Source of the DNA: a virus | Taxonomy: Duplodnaviria; Caudoviricetes | Virus record (IMG/VR): IMGVR_UViG_3300005512_000003 | DNA: 64,000 nucleotides | Reading direction: 5' to 3' (one strand) | Notes under the pieces: generated by a model | What the model was told of the DNA's origin: nothing | The model's input: the letters and a program-made list of their open reading frames with translations, nothing else | Database searches by the model: none | Position numbers and translations under genes: made by a program | Shown: in pieces, positions 46,352 to 56,862 of the stretch | Numbering within the stretch: the first letter of the stretch is position 1 | How the letters are laid out: each line of letters starts with the position of its first letter

Positions 46352-48001
46352 ATGCCTGATAATGGACTTTACCTTGGAAACCCGAATCTAAAAAAAGCAA
46401 ACACAGCGATTGAGTTCACGGAAGAACAAATCGTTGAGTTTGTTAAATGTAAGCAAGACCCTGTATACTTTGCACAAAAGTATGTCAAGATTGTGACTCT
46501 TGACCATGGATTGCAACCATTCAAAATGTATCCTTTTCAGGAGAAGTTGATTCGTAACTTCCATGATCACAGATTTAATATCTGTAAAATGCCAAGACAG
46601 ACTGGTAAGTCTACAACTTGTGTATCATATTTACTTCACTATGCTGTGTTTAATGATAATATTAACATTGCTATCCTAGCAAACAAAGCATCAACTGCAA
46701 GAGATCTTCTCGGTAGGCTACAACTTGCTTATGAGAACTTGCCTAAGTGGATGCAGCAGGGTATCTTATCATGGAATAAAGGTTCTTTGGAGTTGGAAAA
46801 TGGCAGTAAGATATTGGCAGCTTCTACATCTGCGAGTGCTGTCCGAGGTGGTTCCTATAATGTCATCTTCCTCGACGAGTTCGCGTTTATTCCAAACCAT
46901 ATCGCAGACCAATTCTTTGCATCTGTTTATCCTACTATTTCTTCTGGTAAAAGCACAAAAGTCATCATAGTCTCAACGCCACATGGTATGAATCATTTCT
47001 ACCGTATGTGGCATGATGCGGAGAAAGGATCAAATGAATATGTTCCGACTGATGTTCACTGGTCAGAAGTTCCTGGAAGAGATGCTGAATGGAAACGTCA
47101 GACTATTGCTAACACATCAGAACAGCAGTTCAAAGTTGAGTTTGAGTGTGAGTTCCTAGGATCTGTTGATACATTGATCGCTCCTAGTAAGTTGCGTTCT
47201 ATGATCTATGAAGATCCAAAAACTAGAAATGCTGGTCTAGACGTTTATTTTGACCCAGAAAGAGATCACGATTATGTTGTAACTGTTGACGTTGCCAGAG
47301 GTGTTGGTGGCGACTATTCTGCATTTGTCGTTGTAGATATCACGAACTTTCCACATAAGTTAGTAGCAAAATATAGAAATAATGAGATAAAACCAATGCT
47401 CTTCCCCAATGTAATCTGGGAAGTAGCAAAATCATATAACGGTGCCTTTGTATTATGTGAGGTAAATGATGTTGGAGATCAGGTAGCATCTATTTTGAAC
47501 TATGATCTTGAATATCAGAATCTGCTGATGTGTTCTATGAGAGGGCGTGCTGGTCAGATTGTTGGTCAAGGATTCTCTGGCAAGAAAACACAACTTGGCG
47601 TCAAGATGTCCAAGACTGTCAAGAAAGTCGGTTCTCTAAACCTCAAGGCGATTATTGAAGAAGATAAGTTGTTGATGAAAGACTATGAAGTTCTTTCAGA
47701 GTTGACTACCTTTATTCAAAAGAATAATTCATTTGAAGCAGAGGAAGGGTGTAATGATGACCTTGCTATGTGCTTGGTGATCTATGCTTGGTTGGTGCAG
47801 CAAGATTACTTTAAAGAACTTACTGATCAGGATGTAAGAAAGAGATTGTATGAAGAGCAGAGAGATCAGATTGAGCAAGATATGGCACCATTTGGATTTA
47901 TTTCTGATGGTCTAGATAGTGATAGTTTCGTTGATGGTGATGGCGATAGATGGTTTACTGACGAATATGGTGATAGATCATATATGTGGGAGTATATGTA
48001 A
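46352..48001 (+). CDS. g17: terminase large subunit gp17
   Basis: PRQTGKST Walker A, IFLDEFAF Walker B, STPHG, VDVARG, NDDLAM. Confidence 0.98.
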   Translation: MPDNGLYLGNPNLKKANTAIEFTEEQIVEFVKCKQDPVYFAQKYVKIVTLDHGLQPFKMYPFQEKLIRNFHDHRFNICKMPRQTGKSTTCVSYLLHYAVFNDNINIAILANKASTARDLLGRLQLAYENLPKWMQQGILSWNKGSLELENGSKILAASTSASAVRGGSYNVIFLDEFAFIPNHIADQFFASVYPTISSGKSTKVIIVSTPHGMNHFYRMWHDAEKGSNEYVPTDVHWSEVPGRDAEWKRQTIANTSEQQFKVEFECEFLGSVDTLIAPSKLRSMIYEDPKTRNAGLDVYFDPERDHDYVVTVDVARGVGGDYSAFVVVDITNFPHKLVAKYRNNEIKPMLFPNVIWEVAKSYNGAFVLCEVNDVGDQVASILNYDLEYQNLLMCSMRGRAGQIVGQGFSGKKTQLGVKMSKTVKKVGSLNLKAIIEEDKLLMKDYEVLSELTTFIQKNNSFEAEEGCNDDLAMCLVIYAWLVQQDYFKELTDQDVRKRLYEEQRDQIEQDMAPFGFISDGLDSDSFVDGDGDRWFTDEYGDRSYMWEYM

Positions 48002-48235
48002 ATGATGCTTGATGATGACCTAGACGGTCAAATAAAACTAGGTCATCTCCTTCTTAGTGATAGGAAGTGTAGAACTTGTGGTCAAACTAAGAACCTAATA
48101 GAATCTTTTTATAGAACAAGAAAAGATAGGGGTGCAGTTGCCTCTTCATATTCTTATGAGTGTAAGGAATGCACCATAAAAAGAGTTAGCAAGAAGAGAG
48201 ATGAGAAGGTGGTTGATGTATACCCAGACTGGTAG
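48002..48235 (+). CDS. Zn-finger hypothetical protein
   Basis: CRTC...CKEC. Confidence 0.7.
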   Translation: MMLDDDLDGQIKLGHLLLSDRKCRTCGQTKNLIESFYRTRKDRGAVASSYSYECKECTIKRVSKKRDEKVVDVYPDW

Positions 48236-48311
48236 TTCGCGTCGTGTTTCCCCGTTTAAACTTTAGATTTTACTAAATATTTTTTAGATAATCTGAATCC
48301 TGGAGACAATC

Positions 48312-50537
48312 ATGGCAACTCCTCAATTATCCCCTGGAGTACTTACGAGGGAAGTTGACTTAACCGTAGGAAGAGCGGATAATGTTCTTGACAACATTGG
48401 CGCTATTGCTGGTCCTTTCCCACAAGGTCCAGTTGAAGAGGTTACTGATATTACAACAGAAGCAGAGCTGATCAAGTATTTTGGTAAGCCTCTGTCCACC
48501 GACGCACAGTATGAGTACTGGATGTCTGCATCTTCGTTCCTCTCATACGGCGGAGTTCTGAAAGTTGTAAGAGCAAACGATACAAGCCTCAACTCAGCAA
48601 ACGCTGGTGTAGGTATCGCTTCTACGAGCGTTAATATCAAGAATACTACTGATTATGAAGTCAACTTTGATGATGACAGCGTACAGTTCTTTGTTGCTGC
48701 TAAGAACCCTGGTTCATGGGCAGATTCACTGAAAATTTGTCAGATTGACGACTTTGCAGACCAAAGACTGTTCTTTAACAGCACAGACCTCAGCGGTATC
48801 GGAATGACCGTTGGTTATGCGGTTACTGCAAACATTGCAAGTGGTACAGCACTGATCGGTGTTGGTACAACCTCAGCATCAAATGCAATCCTGAAGGGCG
48901 TTATTGTTGGTGTCAACACCAACTCATCAGATGGTTCTAAGTCAAGTGTTGACATTAGAGTTACAGAAAGAATCCTTGCTGTTGGTGGCGGAACAACTTA
49001 CCAATCTATCACTTATGCAGAAGGAGATCCTACCAGAGCATTTGCTTTGACTGGAGCAGGTAAGAGCGTAACAATCAATGTTACTAACACTGGTGGTACA
49101 GCAGTTGCAATCCAAACCGCAACAGTTCTGCAAGACTGGTATGATCAGCAAACACTTGGTCTTACAAACAGCACTATCTTCTGGAAGTCACTGGCACCAA
49201 AACCAGTTTCAAACCAATACGTAACTGATCGCGATGGTGTTAACGACGGTATCCACATTGCTGTTGTTGATGACCTTGGCGAAGTAACAGGAGTTACCGC
49301 TAACATCCTTGAGACGCACCTGAATCTCTCCAAAGCATCTGATGCTGTAAGAGATCAGCAGTTGATCTACTATAAGGAATACATCAAAGATCATTCCGAC
49401 TACATTTTCTACGGACGTAACCAGTCATCTGCTTTCGTTGAAGCAGTTGGATCTGATGTTCCCGCAATCTATCCAACTCACTCTGGATTCACGACTGCAG
49501 GAACCTACACTGGAGTATCACTCGCAGATGGTAACTGGGGTCTTCCCGCTCAAGACACCATATACACTGTCGTTGGTAACAAGACCTTCAGACTGATTGG
49601 TGGTGTTGATTACAGTGCTACTGGCGGAATGACTGCAGATCTTGGTAGTCTGACCACTAGTTACGAACTCTTCAATGATACCGAAGGTGTTCCCCTTGAT
49701 TATCTGATCATGGGTCCTGGTCTGACCAAGAAGTCTGAGTCACAGGCAAAAGCAAACTACCTGATTGGTATTGCTAATCAGAGAAAGGATTGCATGGCAG
49801 TTATTTCTCCACACAGATCTGACGTTGTTAACGTCACTAACTCTAATACTGCAACTGATAACGTTATTTCGTTCTACAGTCCTCTGTCATCCTCTTCATA
49901 TGCAGTGTTTGATTCTGGTTATAAGTACACTTATGATCGTTTCAACAACAAGTTCCGTTATATTCCAACCAACGGTGACGTTGCTGGTCTGATGGTCCGC
50001 ACTGCGATTAACGCATATCCTTGGTTCTCACCTGCAGGTCAACAGCGTGGTATTATCAACAACGCTATCAAACTTGCATACAGCCCAACTAAGGCACAAA
50101 GAGATCGCCTCTATCCTAAGCGCATTAACGCAATCGTTAATGAACCAGGCACTGGCATTCTCCTCTTCGGTGATAAGACTGCTCTCGGATTTGCATCTGC
50201 ATTCGACAGAATCAACGTTCGCCGCTTGTTCCTGACGATTGAGCAATCACTCCAGAATGCTGCTAAAGCACAACTGTTTGAACTGAACGACGATCTAACA
50301 AGAGCAAACTTCGTCAACATTGTTGCACCTTACCTGCGTGATGTTCAGGCAAAGAGAGGTATCTATGACTTCTTGGTTGTTTGTGACGAAACAAACAATA
50401 CACCTGATATTATTGATAATAATGAGTTCAGAGCGGACATTTATCTGAAGCCCGCTAAGTCGATTAACTATGTAACTCTCACGTTCGTTGCTACCCGCAC
50501 GGGTGTCAGCTTCGATGAAGTTGCTGGTCGTTCTTAA
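48312..50537 (+). CDS. g18: tail sheath protein gp18
   Basis: SPGVLTREVDLT..PWFSPAG..FDRINVRRLF..CDETNNTP. Confidence 0.98.
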   Translation: MATPQLSPGVLTREVDLTVGRADNVLDNIGAIAGPFPQGPVEEVTDITTEAELIKYFGKPLSTDAQYEYWMSASSFLSYGGVLKVVRANDTSLNSANAGVGIASTSVNIKNTTDYEVNFDDDSVQFFVAAKNPGSWADSLKICQIDDFADQRLFFNSTDLSGIGMTVGYAVTANIASGTALIGVGTTSASNAILKGVIVGVNTNSSDGSKSSVDIRVTERILAVGGGTTYQSITYAEGDPTRAFALTGAGKSVTINVTNTGGTAVAIQTATVLQDWYDQQTLGLTNSTIFWKSLAPKPVSNQYVTDRDGVNDGIHIAVVDDLGEVTGVTANILETHLNLSKASDAVRDQQLIYYKEYIKDHSDYIFYGRNQSSAFVEAVGSDVPAIYPTHSGFTTAGTYTGVSLADGNWGLPAQDTIYTVVGNKTFRLIGGVDYSATGGMTADLGSLTTSYELFNDTEGVPLDYLIMGPGLTKKSESQAKANYLIGIANQRKDCMAVISPHRSDVVNVTNSNTATDNVISFYSPLSSSSYAVFDSGYKYTYDRFNNKFRYIPTNGDVAGLMVRTAINAYPWFSPAGQQRGIINNAIKLAYSPTKAQRDRLYPKRINAIVNEPGTGILLFGDKTALGFASAFDRINVRRLFLTIEQSLQNAAKAQLFELNDDLTRANFVNIVAPYLRDVQAKRGIYDFLVVCDETNNTPDIIDNNEFRADIYLKPAKSINYVTLTFVATRTGVSFDEVAGRS

Positions 50538-50573
50538 TCATTGAATAAATCAACTTAACGGAGAACAAGTCAA

Positions 50574-51224
50574 ATGGCAAACTTAAAAACCATCACTAAC
50601 TTCAAAACCAGATTGGCTGGCGGCGGTGCCCGCCCCAATCTGTTTGAGGTACATATTCCATCATTCCCTGTTGCTGCAGATGATGCAGACTGGGTATCTG
50701 AAGCACAAGAGGACTTCAGATTTATGTGTAAGGCAGCTGCTCTGCCTGCATCAAACAATGGTGTCATCGACGTACCTTTCAGAGGTCGTATTCTGAAAGT
50801 TGCTGGTGACCGCACCTTTGATACTTGGACAGTTACCATCATCAATGATGAAGACTTCATCATCAGAACTCAGTTCGAGAAGTGGATGAACGGTATCAAC
50901 AAACTGACCAACAACTCAGGTGCAACCAATCCCTCTTCCTATATGGTTGATGCTCACGTATCACAACTGGGCAGAGGTCAGGTTAAAGAAGCAACCACAA
51001 ACAACGCAACCACTGCAGATCAAACTCCTCTGAGAACATATACCTTCAAGGATATTTTCCCAACGAATATTTCTCAGATTGATCTGTCATACGACACTGG
51101 CGACACCATCGAAGAATTTACAGTTGAGTTCCAAGTCAACTACTTCACGGTTGGTGGATCCCTTGAAGCAGCATCTGGTTCTGAGACAACCTCTGGTGAT
51201 CAGAACGGCAACGTTGTTTCGTAA
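50574..51224 (+). CDS. g19: tail tube protein gp19
   Basis: GGGARPNLFEV..VPFRGR.LKVAGDRTF..IEEFTVEF. Confidence 0.98.
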   Translation: MANLKTITNFKTRLAGGGARPNLFEVHIPSFPVAADDADWVSEAQEDFRFMCKAAALPASNNGVIDVPFRGRILKVAGDRTFDTWTVTIINDEDFIIRTQFEKWMNGINKLTNNSGATNPSSYMVDAHVSQLGRGQVKEATTNNATTADQTPLRTYTFKDIFPTNISQIDLSYDTGDTIEEFTVEFQVNYFTVGGSLEAASGSETTSGDQNGNVVS

Positions 51225-51278
51225 TCTCCTGGTTTCGTGGCTTTCTAAATAGTAGAAAGCTACGGACCCTAACATATA

Positions 51279-52931
51279 ATGGCAAAACTTTTTGGTTTCT
51301 CGATTGAGGACAACGAACCAAAATCTCCCACTGCGGTCTCCCCCGTTCCTCCTAATAATGAGGACGGGGTTGACCATTACTTGAGCAGTGGGTTTTTTGG
51401 CAGCTATGTAGATATTGAAGGCGTATATAGAACTGAGTTTGATTTAATCAAACGCTATCGTGAGATGGCACTGCACCCAGAAGTGGATAGTGCGATTGAA
51501 GATATTGTAAATGAGGCAATCGTTTCAGATACGAATGATTCTCCTGTAGAGATTGAACTTTCAAATCTGAATGCAAGCGACGGCATAAAGAAAAAAATCA
51601 GAAAAGAATTTAATCATATTCTTGATCTGTTAGATTTTGATAAGAAAGCACACGAAATCTACAGAAACTGGTATATTGATGGTAGATTATATTACCACAA
51701 GGTTATTGATTTAAAGAAACCCGAAGAAGGTATTCAAGAACTTAGATATATTGACGCAATGAAAATGCGTTTCGTTCGTCAGAATATTAATAAAGGAGAG
51801 GATAATCAAAGAAGACTGACAGGTATTGCAAATCAAGATCCTCTTGAATATGCATTTCCTCAAATTGAGGAGTACTTTATGTACACTCCAAAAGCAATGT
51901 ATCCAGTGGGTAATCCAAGTGCTGCGAGTGGAACTAAAGGAATCAAGATGTCAAAAGATTCCATCGCTTACTGTACATCTGGTCTTGTAGATCGTACAAA
52001 AGGATCTACTCTTTCATATCTTCATAAGGCAATCAAAGCAGTCAATCAACTTAGAATGATTGAAGACTCATTGGTAATCTACAGATTATCAAGAGCACCA
52101 GAGCGTAGAATCTTCTATATTGATGTGGGTAATCTACCCAAAGTCAAGGCAGAACAATATCTGCGTGATGTTATGACGAGGTATCGTAACAAACTCGTCT
52201 ATGATGCGAACACTGGAGAGATTCGTGATGATAAAAAATACATGGCAATGCTCGAAGACTTCTGGCTCCCCAGAAGAGAGGGTGGAAGAGGAACAGAAAT
52301 CTCAACACTTCCAGGTGGACAAAACCTTGGAGAAATCACTGATATTGAGTACTTTAAGAAGAAACTGTTCCGTGCGCTTAATGTTCCCCCATCAAGAATG
52401 GATGGAGAAGGTGGGTTTAACTTGGGGAGATCTTCTGAGATCCTGAGAGACGAACTCAAGTTCACAAAGTTTGTTGGTCGTTTAAGAAAGAGATTCTCTA
52501 ACATGTTCAATGACATGTTGAGAACACAGTTGCTTCTTAAGAATATTGTCACCCCTGAAGATTGGGAGATGATGAGTGAGCATATTCAATATGACTTTTT
52601 ATATGATAATCACTTCTCTGAACTCAAAGATGCAGAGTTGATGACTGAAAGATTAAACCTTGTTCAAACAGCAGAACCCTACATCGGCAAGTATTATTCT
52701 CAGGATTATGTTCGCCGCAAGATTCTCCGTCAAACGGATGTGGAGATCATTGAACAGGATAAGTTAATCGAAGAAGAGATTGCTGCTGGTATTATTCCTG
52801 ATCCATATGCACCTGTTGATCCCGAAACAGGTGAACCAATGGATCCCTCTGGCACAAATCTTGGAGATGTTCCAGTTGAACCAGAAATCGATGGATCTGC
52901 CACTGAAGCACCAGAGGGTGGAGAAATCTAA
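51279..52931 (+). CDS. g20: portal vertex protein gp20
   Basis: RAPERRIFYIDVGNLPK..EDFWLPRREGGRGTEI. Confidence 0.98.
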   Translation: MAKLFGFSIEDNEPKSPTAVSPVPPNNEDGVDHYLSSGFFGSYVDIEGVYRTEFDLIKRYREMALHPEVDSAIEDIVNEAIVSDTNDSPVEIELSNLNASDGIKKKIRKEFNHILDLLDFDKKAHEIYRNWYIDGRLYYHKVIDLKKPEEGIQELRYIDAMKMRFVRQNINKGEDNQRRLTGIANQDPLEYAFPQIEEYFMYTPKAMYPVGNPSAASGTKGIKMSKDSIAYCTSGLVDRTKGSTLSYLHKAIKAVNQLRMIEDSLVIYRLSRAPERRIFYIDVGNLPKVKAEQYLRDVMTRYRNKLVYDANTGEIRDDKKYMAMLEDFWLPRREGGRGTEISTLPGGQNLGEITDIEYFKKKLFRALNVPPSRMDGEGGFNLGRSSEILRDELKFTKFVGRLRKRFSNMFNDMLRTQLLLKNIVTPEDWEMMSEHIQYDFLYDNHFSELKDAELMTERLNLVQTAEPYIGKYYSQDYVRRKILRQTDVEIIEQDKLIEEEIAAGIIPDPYAPVDPETGEPMDPSGTNLGDVPVEPEIDGSATEAPEGGEI

Positions 52932-52960
52932 TATATACTTTATAGTTTTATACAATAACG

Positions 52961-53146
52961 ATGGACGAACTTCTAGATTTAATGATTAGTGATGAGTCAC
53001 CATCACAGATTAGCGATGAGATTAAAAATGCACTTTTTGCAAAGGCATCCGCTAAGGTCGATGCTTTTAAACCAAAAGTAGAACTTGCTCACTTGGGTTT
53101 TGATGCACCCGAAGAGCAGGAACCAGAGGTAGACTCTGAAGAATAA
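52961..53146 (+). CDS. small acidic prohead core-like protein
   Basis: Lies between g20 and g21. Confidence 0.6.
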   Translation: MDELLDLMISDESPSQISDEIKNALFAKASAKVDAFKPKVELAHLGFDAPEEQEPEVDSEE

Positions 53147-53176
53147 TAAATAACTAATAATGATTTTGTGGGCGTA

Positions 53177-53470
53177 ATGTCAAGAGTAAGACTAATTCGT
53201 AATCCAGTTGTAGGAACTGGTTCATCAGAAGTTACCCTCGGTACTTCTGCAGGAACCGCAACGTCCGTTAATGGTGCAACTGTTTTGAGACTCGTCAACG
53301 TTTCTGGTGCGACCAGAAAGGTCACTGTTGTAGATAAAGCAACAGGCGGTATTGGTATTGGTTCTTTCAGTATGCCAAATAATACTACTGAAACAGTTGA
53401 AAAGTTAGCAGCAGATCTCATTTTTGCTAATGGTGCAGTTCTTGCGACCCAAGTAGGATTTACAAACTAA
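53177..53470 (+). CDS. hypothetical virion protein
   Basis: ORF 53168..53470, ATG at 53177, after late promoter 53146. Confidence 0.65.
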   Translation: MSRVRLIRNPVVGTGSSEVTLGTSAGTATSVNGATVLRLVNVSGATRKVTVVDKATGGIGIGSFSMPNNTTETVEKLAADLIFANGAVLATQVGFTN

Positions 53471-53474
53471 GAAA

Positions 53475-54125
53475 ATGAAACTAATCAGAGAAGAAATCGA
53501 ATCAGTAGATTTTATCGTTGAAGAAAAGAACGGTAAGAAGTCTCTGTATATCGAAGGAGTTTTCCTTCAAGGGGATATCAAAAACCGTAATGGTCGTATG
53601 TATCCTATGGAGACTCTTCGTCGCGAAGTTTCTCGTTATAACGAATCCAACGTTGTTCCTGGTAGAGCACTTGGCGAACTCGGTCACCCCGATGGTCCAA
53701 CTGTAAACCTAGATCGCGTTTCCCATAAGATTGTTTCTCTGAAAGAAAGTGGTTCAAACTTTGTCGGTAAGGCAAAGATCTTGAGCACCCCAATGGGTAA
53801 AATTGCAGAGTCTCTGATTAAAGAGGGTGTAAAACTGGGCGTTTCTTCTCGTGGTATTGGTTCAATCAGAGCTGATAGACAGGGAACCAATATCGTAGGT
53901 GATGACTTCATGTTAGCAACTGCTGCTGACATCGTTGCTGACCCTTCTGCTCCCGATGCTTTTGTTGAAGGTATCATGGAAGGGAAGGAATGGGTGTGGG
54001 AAGGTGGTTTACTCCGCGAAAGAGCTGCTGCACAAACACAAAAAAGGATCAATACTTTAGTTGGTCAAAGACAACTGGACGAGCACAAACTGAGCTTGTT
54101 CCAAGACTTTTTAAATAGCATCTGA
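53475..54125 (+). CDS. g21: prohead protease gp21
   Basis: NRNGRMYP..GELGHP..GVSSRG..DIVADPSAPDA. Confidence 0.97.
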   Translation: MKLIREEIESVDFIVEEKNGKKSLYIEGVFLQGDIKNRNGRMYPMETLRREVSRYNESNVVPGRALGELGHPDGPTVNLDRVSHKIVSLKESGSNFVGKAKILSTPMGKIAESLIKEGVKLGVSSRGIGSIRADRQGTNIVGDDFMLATAADIVADPSAPDAFVEGIMEGKEWVWEGGLLRERAAAQTQKRINTLVGQRQLDEHKLSLFQDFLNSI

Positions 54126-54209
54126 TTGATCAGAGTGCTGAATATAACTAAAAAGTTTTATTTAATAAATAAATATAGATTTAAACAAAGGTAAATCGGA
54201 GAGTCTCAA

Positions 54210-55304
54210 ATGTCTAGTGACAATAATTTACAGGAAATGGAAGCAGGCACTAAGCAATCCAAAACTGCTGTCAACTCTGGCGCTAAACCAGCAGAACCAA
54301 TGGTAAAACCATCTGGTGCAGAAGTTGAGGACCTTGGCGGTCCAACTCCTGAAAACTACAAGCCAGACGATAACTCGGCGGCACTTAAAACTCCTAGTCT
54401 TAAGACTGTGAAGGATGCTGTTAATGCTAAGGCAGGTGCAGCAGAACCAATGAAGAAAATGAAGGAAGAAGAGGAGCTGGAGACAGAAGACACTATCGAA
54501 GAAGAAATCGTTGATGAAATCAACGACGAATCTGAAGAGTTTGTTGAAGAAGTTTCCGAAGATTCTGAAGAAGAGTATAGCATCGAAGAGGATGTTAATG
54601 CACTTCTGGGTGACGAAGAACTCTCCGAAGAATTCAAAGATAAGGCAAAACTTATTTTTGAATCTGCCCTTAAATCAAAAGTTGCAGAAATCAAAGAGCA
54701 ACTGGAAGCTCAATACGAGGAAAAACTCATTGAGCAGGTTGCAGAAAATACTGCAGAACTCGCAGAGCGAGTAGATTCATATCTTGAGTATGTTGCAGAA
54801 GAGTGGTTCACTGAGAACCAACTCGTGATCGAGCAAGCACTCAAGACTGAGATGACCGAATCATTCCTTCAAGGTTTGAGAGGTCTTTTTGAAGATCATT
54901 ATGTATCAATCCCTGAAGATAAATATGATGTGCTTGAGAGCATGGTAGAAAAACTTGATGACATGGAGACAAAACTCAACGAGCAGATCGATAAGAATAT
55001 TACTTTAAACAAGCGTCTCTCGGAGTCGGTTGCTGAAGGTATCTTTGAACAAGTCTCTGCTGGTCTTGCACAGACCCAGAGAGAGAAGCTCGCTTCACTT
55101 GCCGAAAGTGTTGAGTTTGAAAGTGAAACAACATATCGTGAAAAGCTGGAAACCCTGAAAGAGTCATATTTCTCTTCTAAGGTTTCTGCTCCTGCTGGTA
55201 AAACCGAATCCCTTTCTGAGGGTGTAGACACTGCACATAGTGAGTCTTACTCACCTTCCATGTCGGCATACCTGAGAACCCTCGGTTCATTCAGCAAGTC
55301 CTGA
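54210..55304 (+). CDS. g22: prohead scaffold gp22
   Basis: Acidic coiled coil; LSEEFK.KA..IFE, YLEYVAEEW. Confidence 0.95.
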   Translation: MSSDNNLQEMEAGTKQSKTAVNSGAKPAEPMVKPSGAEVEDLGGPTPENYKPDDNSAALKTPSLKTVKDAVNAKAGAAEPMKKMKEEEELETEDTIEEEIVDEINDESEEFVEEVSEDSEEEYSIEEDVNALLGDEELSEEFKDKAKLIFESALKSKVAEIKEQLEAQYEEKLIEQVAENTAELAERVDSYLEYVAEEWFTENQLVIEQALKTEMTESFLQGLRGLFEDHYVSIPEDKYDVLESMVEKLDDMETKLNEQIDKNITLNKRLSESVAEGIFEQVSAGLAQTQREKLASLAESVEFESETTYREKLETLKESYFSSKVSAPAGKTESLSEGVDTAHSESYSPSMSAYLRTLGSFSKS

Positions 55305-55351
55305 ATTTAACATTAAATCAAACGTAAACATTCCCCCAAAGGTAAAAGCAA

Positions 55352-56773
55352 ATGTTCCAATCAGAGCATCTGCAGGAAAAGTGGGCACCTCTCCTCAACT
55401 ATGAGGGTCTTGATGCAATCAAAGATTCGCACAGAAGAGCAGTAACCGCCGTCCTGCTGGAAAACCAAGAAAAGTTCCAAAGAGAGCAAAACGCTTTCGC
55501 TGAGTCAGGTTCATTCCTGACCGAAACTCCTACCAACGCTGTTGGTAATGGTGGTTTCACTGGCAGCTCTGCTGCTGCTGGTCCTACCGCTGGTTTCGAC
55601 CCCGTTCTGATCTCCCTGATCAGACGCTCTATGCCTAACCTGGTCGCTTATGACCTGGCTGGCGTTCAACCAATGTCTGGTCCTACTGGACTCATCTTCG
55701 CGATGCGTTCGCGCTATGTCAATCAATCTGGCACCGAAGCATTCTTCGACGAAGCAGATACCGCATTCTCTGGTCAACCCCAGGGTCGCGACGACGCTAA
55801 CGGTTTCTCTGACGTTACCGCAGGTCTGGGTACTACTTCACAGACTGGCACTAACCCCTCACTTCTGAATCCCGTAGGCACCGCTTCCTCGACCGCATAT
55901 GATGTCGGTCAAGGTATGCGTACCGACTCTGCTGAAGCACTGGATGGCACAGGCAATGATGCCTTCAACCAGATGGCATTCAGCATCGAGAAGGTCACCG
56001 TAACCGCTAAGTCCAGAGCACTGAAGGCAGAGTACAGCCTTGAGCTTGCACAGGACCTGAAGGCAATCCACGGTCTGAACGCTGAAGCGGAACTCGCAAA
56101 CATTCTCTCCACTGAGATTCTTGCTGAGATCAACCGCGAAGTCATCAGAACCATCTACAAGGTTGCTGAGCAAGGTGCTGTTTCTAACACCGCTACCGCT
56201 GGTGTATTTGACCTCGACGTTGACTCCAACGGTCGCTGGAGTGTTGAGAAGTTCAAGGGTCTCCTGTTCCAAATCGAGCGCGATGCAAACGCAATCGCAC
56301 AAAGAACTCGTCGCGGAAAGGGCAACATCATCATGTGCTCTGCAGACGTTGCTTCTGCACTGACCATGGCTGGTGTTCTCGATTACACCCCTGCACTCAA
56401 CGCTAACCTCAACGTTGATGACACTGGTAACACCTTCGCTGGTGTTCTGCAAGGTAAGTATCGCGTCTATATCGATCCTTATTCTGCAAACCTGTCGGCT
56501 GCTAATGCTGCTACCAACTCTGGTAACCAGTACTACGTTGTCGGTTATAAGGGTACTTCTCCTTATGACGCAGGTCTGTTCTACTGCCCATACGTTCCCC
56601 TTCAGATGGTTCGTGCAGTTGGCGAGAACAGCTTCCAACCCAAGATCGGCTTCAAGACCCGCTACGGTCTGGTTGCAAACCCCTTCGCAGAAGGAACCAC
56701 TGGTGGTCTGGGTCGCCTGCAAGTCAACAGCAACCGCTACTACAGACGTGTTGCCGTGAAGAACTTGATGTGA
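55352..56773 (+). CDS. g23: major capsid protein gp23
   Basis: GVQPMSGPTGLIFAMR..AKSRALKAEY..FYCPYVPL..QPKIGFKTRYG. Confidence 0.99.
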   Translation: MFQSEHLQEKWAPLLNYEGLDAIKDSHRRAVTAVLLENQEKFQREQNAFAESGSFLTETPTNAVGNGGFTGSSAAAGPTAGFDPVLISLIRRSMPNLVAYDLAGVQPMSGPTGLIFAMRSRYVNQSGTEAFFDEADTAFSGQPQGRDDANGFSDVTAGLGTTSQTGTNPSLLNPVGTASSTAYDVGQGMRTDSAEALDGTGNDAFNQMAFSIEKVTVTAKSRALKAEYSLELAQDLKAIHGLNAEAELANILSTEILAEINREVIRTIYKVAEQGAVSNTATAGVFDLDVDSNGRWSVEKFKGLLFQIERDANAIAQRTRRGKGNIIMCSADVASALTMAGVLDYTPALNANLNVDDTGNTFAGVLQGKYRVYIDPYSANLSAANAATNSGNQYYVVGYKGTSPYDAGLFYCPYVPLQMVRAVGENSFQPKIGFKTRYGLVANPFAEGTTGGLGRLQVNSNRYYRRVAVKNLM

Positions 56774-56799
56774 TCCATTCGGTTCACACCGTTCTTTTC

Positions 56800-56825
56800 A
56801 GAGGTCCTTCGGGACCTCTTTTTTT
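56800..56825 (+). terminator. rho-independent terminator with cUUCGg tetraloop
   Basis: AGAGGTCC-TTCG-GGACCTCT followed by T-run. Confidence 0.9.
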
Positions 56826-56862
56826 GTCCTAAATATTCAGATGAAGACCTGCGTTTTACCCA

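Noticed and set aside
55859-56722. 287-aa antisense ORF within g23 (likewise 9277..9837 and 29752..30516)
   Set aside because: Shadow ORFs expected from biased codon usage on the coding strand; no recognisable motifs.
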